Assembly (NCBI GenBank): GCA_044229845.1
Contig: JBGASG010000004.1
Coordinates: 96,001 to 160,000, forward strand
DNA from: Candidatus Obscuribacteraceae bacterium
GTDB taxonomy: Bacteria; Cyanobacteriota; Vampirovibrionia; Obscuribacterales; Obscuribacteraceae
Length of the DNA stretch: 64,000 nucleotides
Reading direction: 5' to 3'
In this document: positions 18,825 to 27,027 of the stretch, in pieces
Layout: the number at the start of each line of letters is the position of its first letter
Numbering within the stretch: position 1 is the stretch's first letter
Program-made: the position numbers and the translations under genes
Notes under the pieces: model-generated
The model's input: only the letters and a program-made list of their open reading frames with translations
What the model was told of the DNA's origin: nothing
Database searches by the model: none

Positions 18825-20438
18825 ATGCCACCAGAAACACCACCTGACAGAAATCCATCCGCCGCAATTGACGATCAGTTAAATCCGCTGCGCAACCTGG
18901 TGCAGGCATACGGACAGCTTGCCGGACTGGACACCAACGGCAACGGTTTTCTCAGCCGCAGAGAACTCGACCGCGGCATAGCCGACCCGCGCTTCCAGGG
19001 CGATGAAGCGGCTGCCCTTGCCACTCTGCAGCGGCACCGCGGAGACATCAAGAAACTGCACCAGGATGGTGCGAACGAAATCACCGGGCTCAGCCGCGCC
19101 GATGTGCTGGAGCTCGCGCGCTTCTCACGGCTGGAAGCCATGCGATTGATTGCGGCAGGCGTGCCGATATTCCGCTCGTTCGACCGGGATGGCAGCGGCA
19201 ATTTGAGCCGTGAAGAACTGCGCACCGCGGCAAGAAACCTGCAAGACGGCGCCACCAAAGATGCCGTTCAGCAAATGCTCGACGACTTCGCGATTATCTC
19301 CGAGAACGGCGATAACATCACGTCCGCGCAGGTGCAGGACTATGTGGCGCGCCGAATGACGGCAGAGCAGCAGAGAACGACCACAGCTGTTGCCGGCAGT
19401 ATGCGGGAAGCGCAAACCGCAATTCGAGAGCAAGACCCCAGGTTATTCCGGGATGCACTGTCTCCATTCATGGCGATTCGCGGCGACTTGCTCCGGCAGG
19501 GGCGCGCCGGCGACTGCTGGCTGCTGTCGGCAGTTTCTTCCTACGCGCAGCAAAATCCGTGGGCCATTCCAAGAATGATCACGCGCAATGAAAACGGCAC
19601 GCTGACGGTGAATTTTCCTTTCAGGACTCCCGATGGCCAGCCCATTTCGGCGACGGTACAGCCGCCTACACAGGCAGAGATTGCCCGGTTCGCAAACAAC
19701 GGTTCTGCTGGAACATGGCTGCCGGTGATTGAGAAAGCGATCGGGCAATACTTCAAGGATCATCCGGAACAGCGCCGTCCGCTGACGGGGGTCGATCCAC
19801 CGCGACGCAATCATCTGTTGCCGCAGGATCACTTGCACGGCGCGGCCAATGCGTTCGCAACCAGCCTGGTATCAGGCGAAGCGGCGGCAACCGTGAGCCT
19901 GTCCACGCTCAACGACGACCAGTTGGATGCCATGTTGAGGTCGAACTTCCGCAATCCGTTGACGGCAATTTCTGATAGCAACTGGCCCAGACCGGTCGGC
20001 ACCGCCGTGCGTCAGCCAGGCAGAGTGAGGGCCGGCGCTCCAGGGGAGCCAATCAGAGAGCCGGATAACGCACCGCCGGATAGGGAGCCGGAACGGGAAC
20101 GAGAGCCGGATCTCTTTCCTCCGCGCCCGGAGCCGCGCCCGCCGCGTCCGAACATGCCGGAAGACCCGGAGGATGATGGGGAAGGCGATGATGACGACGA
20201 TGAAACGAAATCAGACGCCCACGAATTCGCTATTCTCAATTACAATTCGATCGACCGAGTGGTCACAATTCGCAACCCATGGGGCAGCGGCGAGCTGACA
20301 GACCAGCAAGGCAGACCGCGCGATGGTACCGATGACGGTATCATGCGGCTGAGCCTGGCGGAGTTCCGCGCTTACTTCACTGACTTGTCCGGTCCGGCTG
20401 TGGCGGAGTATCGCCGCCGTGCAGCACGACGCCCTTGA
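18825..20438 (+). CDS. EF-hand plus C2-family (calpain-like) cysteine protease
   Basis: EF-hands DTNGNGFLSRRE and DRDGSGNLSREE; catalytic motifs QGRAGDCWLLSA, HEFAI, IRNPWG. Confidence 0.85.
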   Translation: MPPETPPDRNPSAAIDDQLNPLRNLVQAYGQLAGLDTNGNGFLSRRELDRGIADPRFQGDEAAALATLQRHRGDIKKLHQDGANEITGLSRADVLELARFSRLEAMRLIAAGVPIFRSFDRDGSGNLSREELRTAARNLQDGATKDAVQQMLDDFAIISENGDNITSAQVQDYVARRMTAEQQRTTTAVAGSMREAQTAIREQDPRLFRDALSPFMAIRGDLLRQGRAGDCWLLSAVSSYAQQNPWAIPRMITRNENGTLTVNFPFRTPDGQPISATVQPPTQAEIARFANNGSAGTWLPVIEKAIGQYFKDHPEQRRPLTGVDPPRRNHLLPQDHLHGAANAFATSLVSGEAAATVSLSTLNDDQLDAMLRSNFRNPLTAISDSNWPRPVGTAVRQPGRVRAGAPGEPIREPDNAPPDREPEREREPDLFPPRPEPRPPRPNMPEDPEDDGEGDDDDDETKSDAHEFAILNYNSIDRVVTIRNPWGSGELTDQQGRPRDGTDDGIMRLSLAEFRAYFTDLSGPAVAEYRRRAARRP

Positions 20439-20460
20439 TCGACACCGCCTGCAGTGCCAG

Positions 20461-21051
20461 TTATTTGAAGCCCTTGATGGCATCGAGAATCGGCTTCGTG
20501 ACTTCCGGATCGAATGATTCGTGCTCAGGCTCCAGCTCTTGAATCATCAAGGCTTTGCCGCCCGGCAAAATGACTACGCCCATTTCCATTTGCGCAACTT
20601 TGCCTTTGCTGGTCATCTTGCCGCGCAGGTAGGGCATGTCTTTGCCGCCGACTACGCGTGTGCCCTGCGACTCCTTCTCGAACTTGCCTTTCGTGCTGGA
20701 TCCGGGGGTGTCAAAGTTGGCGCCGGCCGAGTCGATAATCTGTTCTGCGGTTTGATTTTTGGAGTTGGGCACTTCAATCAGTTGCACGATAGCGGTGCCT
20801 TCCGCATTTTTGATCGAGCACATCTTTGCAAAGCCCATATTCATGCCCATCAGATATTCCCATCCTGAAGGCAGCGGGTCGGAAATATCAACCAGCTCCT
20901 GAGCGACCTTAGATGCGTTGCCGGGCTTGACCGCATCCATCGCCATGTTGACGCCAAAGATGCACAGTCCCACAAAGCCCACAATGCCGACAACGATCAC
21001 GACCAGCAATACCTTGAGCCACCCGGGCACAGCCCCTCTTTGCGAACGCAT
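20461..21051 (-). CDS. Single-pass membrane hypothetical protein
   Basis: GGAG RBS before ATG 21051; N-terminal TM helix. Confidence 0.7.
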   Translation of the reverse strand: MRSQRGAVPGWLKVLLVVIVVGIVGFVGLCIFGVNMAMDAVKPGNASKVAQELVDISDPLPSGWEYLMGMNMGFAKMCSIKNAEGTAIVQLIEVPNSKNQTAEQIIDSAGANFDTPGSSTKGKFEKESQGTRVVGGKDMPYLRGKMTSKGKVAQMEMGVVILPGGKALMIQELEPEHESFDPEVTKPILDAIKGFK

Positions 21052-21126
21052 AGACAACACTCCCTTTGCCGAAAGTCCAATTGTAAACGATGGAGAGCGT
21101 TGACCAGCCGCCCTGGGCATAAAGTA

Positions 21127-23463
21127 ATGGCTCCTTCCGTAGCGCTCTTGATGACCGAGCAGATAAACGCTGAGGTAGAACAACAGAAGACCCTGTCAGC
21201 AAGCTTTAACGAGCTTGCCAAACTGTTTTGCGCCCAGCAGAAGTACGAAGAAGCAGAGGCTCTATATTCGCGAGCGTTGACCGTCGAAGAGAAAGCACTG
21301 GGTGAGGATCACCCGGGTCTGATTCCAAGCATCTCGCGCCTGGCAATCGTTTACAGGATTCAAGAAAAGTTCGATGCCGCGGAACCGCTTTATGTTCGGG
21401 CGCTGGAGCTGGCGCGAAAACATTACGGACCGGACGACCTGCGCACCGCCCAACGGCTTAACTATCTTGCCGGACTGGCTAACGGGCGGCGAGATTTCGC
21501 CCGCGCCGAAGAACTCATCCGTCAGTCGCTGGTCATCTACGACAAGCGGCTCGGCAGCCAGCACCGCACCGTCGGTCTTGCTTATCTGTCGCTGGCACTG
21601 GTAAAGCAGCGCACCGGCGATGTCAAAGTAGCCGACCAGTTTTTCGACCGTTTCATCTACATCGTCCGCCAGACTTCCGACGCGACCGATCAGGTGCTGC
21701 ATCTGGCTGAGATCTTCTACAAACAGAGTCGCTTCGATGACGCCGAGCTGTTGTTCCGCTATTGCTTGTTGTTGGGAGAAGAAGAGATCTGGCCCGACCA
21801 TCCGTTTGTCGCTAGCGCTCTCAATGGACTGGCGCGGTGGCACGTCGCCCAGGGGCAATACGACCTGGCAGCGCCGCTCTATACGCGCGTCCTGAAAATC
21901 ACCGAAAACATCGTCGGCGAAAAACATTCATCTCTGGAACCAATCTTGAAGAACTGCGCGATAGCGCTCTACCACTGCGATCAGTCGGAAGAAGCGGTGA
22001 AAATGGAGAAGCGCGCGGCAGACATTCGCGCGGAGCAAGAGTTGCCCACCGACGTTGCCACCGTCATTGGTGAAAAATATCAGATCATCAAAATGCTCGG
22101 CAAGGGCGGCATGAGCACTGTCTATCAGGCTCGCCACCAGCTCACCAATAAAGTGGTGGCGGTAAAAATGCTGAACGTCGATTTGCTGGAAGACAAAAAT
22201 AGTTTCCGCCGTTTCCACCTGGAAGCAAAAGCTTCAGCAGCGCTCAATCACCCCAATGTGGTTGCAGTCCATGACTTCGGCAGCACGCCGGAAGGCATTC
22301 CTTATATCGTCATGGATTACCTGGACGGCAACGACCTCAAGGTTCGCATCAAAGAAGCTGTGCCGGTTTCCTTCAATCAAGCAGTGAAAATATTTATTCA
22401 ATGCTGCGATGCTCTGGCGACTGCGCACGAAGCAGGTGTGGTGCACCGCGATCTAAAACCGGGCAACATCATGCTGGTTACACAAAATCGCGAAGTCGAT
22501 GTCGTCAAAATCGTCGACCTCGGAATTGCAAAACTCCTGCCTCTATCAGGAGTGGACGTTTTCGATCTGACGCAGTCGGGACAGGTCTTCGGCAGTCCGA
22601 CGTACATGAGTCCGGAGCAAGCGCGCGGCGACCTGGTCGACCATCGCTCAGACATTTACTCGCTGGGTTGCGTCATGTATGAGTTGTTGACGGGGCGTCC
22701 GCCGTTTCAGGGCACCAACGCACTGGCGGTCTTGCACAAGCATTTGAGCGAAGAAGCTACGCCAATGGCTCAAGTTGGGATGCGCACCGCCAACGCAGAC
22801 TTGCTTGATCCCCTGGTCCTGCGCTGCCTGGCGAAGGAACCCGCCAAGCGCTATCAGTCAATGCTCGAACTCAAACAGGATCTGGAGCAGCTCAATCCGA
22901 GCGCGCCCAGATCATCATCAGTTTCCGGCACCGCCACCACCAGGACCGAAACCGCAGCCAATGCGGATGCCGGCGGAGCCATGTCCGATTGGCGAGTCAA
23001 AGCGGGCTTGGCTGCGGTCGCCGCCGGGTGCGCGCTGGCCGCGGTCGCCACGTATTGGCAAATGACCTCCGCACAGAGAACCACTGCGGCACCGCAAGTG
23101 CAGTCCAGCACTACCACAGTCGCCCCATCAATAGTCGCGCAAACAGCACCGGTGCAAGAAACTCCCCAAGCGTCCCCGCCAGAGGAAACCGGCAAGGGCG
23201 GCGGCGCTAGCGACAACGCGGAGCAAACGGCCGAGTCGCGGATCACTCGCATAGCCACGCTGGCCGCCGAGTGTCATGCCAACGGTCAGTGCAATGAAGC
23301 CGAGGGCTATTTCAAGGAAGCGCTGGCCATCTCCGAAAAAGTGTTTGGCAAAAACAGTCCCAAGACCCGAGAGCGAGTGCGCGAACTAGCTCTCTTCTAT
23401 GAAAGTATGGGCGAGCAGGACAAGGCGCAACCGTTCCGGGACCGTTATCTGAAGATGAAATAA
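21127..23463 (+). CDS. TPR-Ser/Thr kinase-TM-TPR protein
   Basis: Kinesin-light-chain-type TPRs, GKGGMS, HRDLKPGN, DLG, YMSPEQ, TM helix, C-terminal TPR; start approximate. Confidence 0.92.
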   Translation: MAPSVALLMTEQINAEVEQQKTLSASFNELAKLFCAQQKYEEAEALYSRALTVEEKALGEDHPGLIPSISRLAIVYRIQEKFDAAEPLYVRALELARKHYGPDDLRTAQRLNYLAGLANGRRDFARAEELIRQSLVIYDKRLGSQHRTVGLAYLSLALVKQRTGDVKVADQFFDRFIYIVRQTSDATDQVLHLAEIFYKQSRFDDAELLFRYCLLLGEEEIWPDHPFVASALNGLARWHVAQGQYDLAAPLYTRVLKITENIVGEKHSSLEPILKNCAIALYHCDQSEEAVKMEKRAADIRAEQELPTDVATVIGEKYQIIKMLGKGGMSTVYQARHQLTNKVVAVKMLNVDLLEDKNSFRRFHLEAKASAALNHPNVVAVHDFGSTPEGIPYIVMDYLDGNDLKVRIKEAVPVSFNQAVKIFIQCCDALATAHEAGVVHRDLKPGNIMLVTQNREVDVVKIVDLGIAKLLPLSGVDVFDLTQSGQVFGSPTYMSPEQARGDLVDHRSDIYSLGCVMYELLTGRPPFQGTNALAVLHKHLSEEATPMAQVGMRTANADLLDPLVLRCLAKEPAKRYQSMLELKQDLEQLNPSAPRSSSVSGTATTRTETAANADAGGAMSDWRVKAGLAAVAAGCALAAVATYWQMTSAQRTTAAPQVQSSTTTVAPSIVAQTAPVQETPQASPPEETGKGGGASDNAEQTAESRITRIATLAAECHANGQCNEAEGYFKEALAISEKVFGKNSPKTRERVRELALFYESMGEQDKAQPFRDRYLKMK

Positions 23464-23466
23464 GTC

Positions 23467-23522
23467 ATTTCACGAAAATTCCACGAACGTTTCACGAATC
23501 TGCCACGCTTGTCTCCTATGCT
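23467..23522 (+). promoter_or_regulatory. Four 11-bp-period direct repeats (pho-box-like) plus -10 TATGCT
   Basis: CACG at 23471, 23482, 23493 and 23504; TATGCT at 23517. Confidence 0.65.
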
Positions 23523-23594
23523 GCAAAAGTTCCCGCCGCTTTACTAAATGCAGCTTTTTGCATCCGTCCGGTTACTTCCCTTTTGGGTTTTACT

Positions 23595-23777
23595 ATGGCC
23601 GTAGATAAGAGCATTCCAGTCATGGAAGGTGCTGAAGCACGTGTCAAGCCTGCCGGCGACGGTGGCGTGACTCTGGGTGCCAACGCACTATCCGATCCCA
23701 CCGCCGGCGATCACATCGTCGGGATGAAACCCCACCACTCCGCAGCGAGTGGAACCGGCGCAGGGCAACCAACATAA
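23595..23777 (+). CDS. Small hypothetical protein (60 aa)
   Basis: ORF lies between a repeat-containing promoter and a strong terminator. Confidence 0.4.
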   Translation: MAVDKSIPVMEGAEARVKPAGDGGVTLGANALSDPTAGDHIVGMKPHHSAASGTGAGQPT

Positions 23778-23928
23778 CGAGCGGGCAGCAAGGACACATG
23801 CCGAACAACGAGACATCGCAGCCCGTGGAAGTAAAAGAAGACGTTCCGATGTCCTGATCTGTTCAACGCAACGTCGATCAAGCAACGTCGATCAACAAAG
23901 ACTTAGTAGAAGGTTCAGCGTAGACAAT

Positions 23929-23970
23929 AAGGACCCCTCGAATTAAGAACTCGAGGGGTCCTTTGTTTTT
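23929..23970 (+). terminator. Intrinsic terminator
   Basis: AAGGACCCCTCGA-N9-TCGAGGGGTCCTT followed by a T-rich tail. Confidence 0.85.
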
Positions 23971-24009
23971 CACTCTCATTGTGGCCGTGTACACGGCAGT
24001 ATCACTGAC

Positions 24010-24759
24010 CTAGTCGGCGACGATGCCGATGCGGGCGCGACGTTTGCTGGTTTCAGCCAGATCGCCTGCCATGTCGGCTTGTATGTTGGCAAACTTGTTT
24101 TCGATGCGACGCAGTGTCGATGCACTCAGTTCACCCTTGCGATTTGTTTTACGCGAAAGCACCGCTATTTCGTCGAGCTCTTTGCGCAGGTTTCTCACTT
24201 GATTGTGGCTCAGTTTGCCGCTGGCATGAGCGACACCGATTTGCAGATCGAGTTTGGCACGTCGATACGCGATGTTGTCGGCAAAGTAAACGAGCTTACC
24301 TTCCACGACCAAGAAGTGATCCGGCAATACTGCCGTCGCAGGCAGCGCAGTTACTGTGACCAGGCTTCCGGTCGCATCGACGGTGGCATAAACTTTGCCG
24401 GTCGATTGGTCGACGATGTATTCTCCTACTTCCAACGGAGCACCGTTGATCATGCGGGTGGCGATGTCGAATCTGCCGGTGATGATACCGCGGGTCGGAT
24501 GGACAACTATGTAGGATGGACCAGCCGGCAGCACCGCTGGTGATGACGAAACCACTGTCTTCGTCGCAGTCACAGTTCCGCCGGGCAGAGTCGTTGTTTC
24601 GGTGGTGGTGGTCTTCACTGTCTCGGTGACCGTGGCGGCTGGGATCGTGGTTTCGGTGACCGTGGTGGCGGGATACGTGATCACCTGCACGACTTCAGCA
24701 TTGGCCAACTGAACCGAACCCAATAAAGCTACGGACAGTGCCAGCAAGGTTGCTCTCAT
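24010..24759 (-). CDS. Secreted Thr/Val-rich hypothetical protein
   Basis: GAGGA RBS; signal peptide ending ANA; PAxTVTET repeats. Confidence 0.8.
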   Translation of the reverse strand: MRATLLALSVALLGSVQLANAEVVQVITYPATTVTETTIPAATVTETVKTTTTETTTLPGGTVTATKTVVSSSPAVLPAGPSYIVVHPTRGIITGRFDIATRMINGAPLEVGEYIVDQSTGKVYATVDATGSLVTVTALPATAVLPDHFLVVEGKLVYFADNIAYRRAKLDLQIGVAHASGKLSHNQVRNLRKELDEIAVLSRKTNRKGELSASTLRRIENKFANIQADMAGDLAETSKRRARIGIVAD

Positions 24760-24804
24760 GACTGATTCCTCTAATGTTATGCGTTAATTCCAGAACCTTC
24801 CGGG

Positions 24805-24831
24805 GGACGGAATCGGGCTGAGTATGGTTCC
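24805..24831 (-). promoter_or_regulatory. ECF sigma-type promoter GGAACC-N16-CGTCC
   Basis: Minus strand ggaacc atactcagcccgattc cgtcc. Confidence 0.6.
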
Positions 24832-24919
24832 CTGATTTGATGAGGAAGATCCCTGGTCAGATGCTCAGCTCAGCAACGAGGTACAAGATACTGGTACCCG
24901 TCACCGTCCCACCGGCGTT

Positions 24920-26278
24920 ATGACCCAGGTTGACGAGCTAAAAGTCGCACAACTGTTTTTGGAACGGCATCGTCCAGCAGATGCCGAACAGCACGCGCGC
25001 AAGCATCTCTCGCAGAGCCCTGATGATGCGTGGGGACATCAGACGCTCGCACTGGCTCTCAACGCCCAGAAGCGCTACCGAGAAGCGCTCGCTGAGGCTA
25101 AGTTGGCAGTCAGTCTGGCTCCCGAAGAAGCCCACATCTATTACACACTGGCCAATGTTTACTACCACACCGACCTGTTGCAAGAATGCGAGACCGCAGT
25201 CGATCGAGCGATAGAACTATGCCCGACGCACGCTCCGTACTGGGGATTGAAAGCCAACGTCAAAATGGCGCAGGACAACTGGAGAGGCGCGCTCGCGGCT
25301 GCAGATGAAGGGCTGCGGCACGCGCCCACCCACATTCATTGCCAGAACTTGCGAGCACTGGCACTGGCGAGATTACACAAGAAGGATGTAGCCGAGACCG
25401 GTTTTGAAGAGTCGCTGCGGCAGGATCCAGACAATGCCTTGACGTTCGCATATCAGGGCTGGATGTATGTGCACCACGCCGACGCAGATAAGGCGCTAAC
25501 CGCGTTTGCTGAGGCACTGCGACTGGATCCTACCAATGACTGGGCCCGCACCGGCATGTTCTATGCCTTGCGCGAGAAACATCTCTTGTTTCACCTGGCT
25601 CGCAAAGTTCAACGTCCCGTGCCCATGGTATTCGGCTGGATGGGATTTATATTTGGGCTGCCGATATCCATTACCTTGATGGTAATGGCGGGTCAGAATT
25701 TCTGGTTGATACCGCTTGCGGTGCTCTCCTGGACGATCACAATCTCTTTGCTCGTGTTGCTCTATGTGCCGATCGATATGCGAGACGACACATTGAAAGC
25801 AATCATGCTTTTCGATAAGCGCGGTAAATATCTTCTGTCACCAGCGGAGCGGTCACAAGCCGCGCGCGTCTACTTTGGCGCATTCATTGGACTCTTTATC
25901 GGCATTGGTCTTGGTTTTGCCAAGGACAGCAAGCAGTGGAAATTTCTTGAGTTTCCCAAATTGACCAACTCAGAACAGACGGCGCTTGTCTGCATCGGTC
26001 TGGAGCTGGTGCTGATTTTGATTGCGGTGTTGGCGTTCTTCGGGAATGAGATGCCGGAGCAGCGGCGTAACAGTTTGACCGGCGTGCTGCTCACGCAAAT
26101 CGTGTTTCTGCCCGTCGCCATTTGCTCTGCCATCGGATTCTTCACCCCCTCTCTCCAAACCATGCTGATGACCGTGTCATCAGTATGGATCTTGTTTTCG
26201 GGGCTGCTCATCTGGATTTGCGCCGCACGGCTGCGCAGCTGGATCTCCAAACAACTGGAGTTACTCATCCCCAACTAG
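24920..26278 (+). CDS. TPR protein with C-terminal multi-pass membrane domain
   Basis: About 6 TPR repeats followed by about 6 TM helices. Confidence 0.85.
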   Translation: MTQVDELKVAQLFLERHRPADAEQHARKHLSQSPDDAWGHQTLALALNAQKRYREALAEAKLAVSLAPEEAHIYYTLANVYYHTDLLQECETAVDRAIELCPTHAPYWGLKANVKMAQDNWRGALAAADEGLRHAPTHIHCQNLRALALARLHKKDVAETGFEESLRQDPDNALTFAYQGWMYVHHADADKALTAFAEALRLDPTNDWARTGMFYALREKHLLFHLARKVQRPVPMVFGWMGFIFGLPISITLMVMAGQNFWLIPLAVLSWTITISLLVLLYVPIDMRDDTLKAIMLFDKRGKYLLSPAERSQAARVYFGAFIGLFIGIGLGFAKDSKQWKFLEFPKLTNSEQTALVCIGLELVLILIAVLAFFGNEMPEQRRNSLTGVLLTQIVFLPVAICSAIGFFTPSLQTMLMTVSSVWILFSGLLIWICAARLRSWISKQLELLIPN

Positions 26279-26440
26279 GGAAAATTTCACCTACCGCGCA
26301 GACAAACGTGTCAAGATAGAGGTAACTGAACTGAATATTCTATTCGCTTCGACCGCCGAGCCACTCGGAAGCGCGGACGAGCCGAATCTTCTGCCGTCTC
26401 CTGATCCAAGAAACGGATACCCCCTCATGAGGACGGGACC

Positions 26441-27004
26441 ATGGAAGGAACCTCTCGCAGTGCCCTGCTCAAGACGCTCGCTGCGGTGCCGCTTGCCGCC
26501 ACAGTCGGTGTCATTGTTTCTCCTTTAGTAAGATTTGTTTTGCCCACGCGTAAGCCGCTCGATCTGTTCGCCCCATCGGATCAACCCGTGGTGCTGCAGT
26601 CAGTATCGTTTGCGGCGAACCAGTTCCCCACCGCCTGGACCTGCCAGGAATTCACCTTCGTCCAGCAATATGTGCAGTACAACCCGGAAGGCAAGGATTA
26701 TCGCAAAATCCCCGGATACGCGGTCAAACTGCCGAGCGGCGAAGTGGTGGCATACAGCCGCATCTGCCCGCACCTCGGTTGTATCTTCAACTTCGTAGAA
26801 GACCCGGATGAGTGCGCCAAGAAATACAACTACCGGCCGCAAGGTCCGGTGTTTGCCTGCCCATGTCACCAGAGTGTCTACGATATCGCTAATGATGGCA
26901 GAGTCGTGAGCGGACCCGCTCCCCGACCGCCGCGCAAGTTCACCATCCACAAGGCGGGCGACACAATAGCTATCACCGGGCTGGAGTCCGGTGGCATCGC
27001 GTAA
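26441..27004 (+). CDS. Rieske 2Fe-2S protein (QcrA/PetC-like)
   Basis: CPHLGC and CPCHQS boxes, GPAPRP, N-terminal anchor. Confidence 0.93.
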   Translation: MEGTSRSALLKTLAAVPLAATVGVIVSPLVRFVLPTRKPLDLFAPSDQPVVLQSVSFAANQFPTAWTCQEFTFVQQYVQYNPEGKDYRKIPGYAVKLPSGEVVAYSRICPHLGCIFNFVEDPDECAKKYNYRPQGPVFACPCHQSVYDIANDGRVVSGPAPRPPRKFTIHKAGDTIAITGLESGGIA

Positions 27005-27027
27005 CATGCATTCGCGCTGACTCTCGG

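Noticed and set aside
20970..21051. Type IV prepilin leader (MRSQRG/AVPGW)
   Set aside because: There is no Glu at +5 and no Phe at +1, and no pilus genes are nearby.
23530..23970. tmRNA or RNase P RNA
   Set aside because: No tRNA-like ends or RNase P conserved boxes were recognised.
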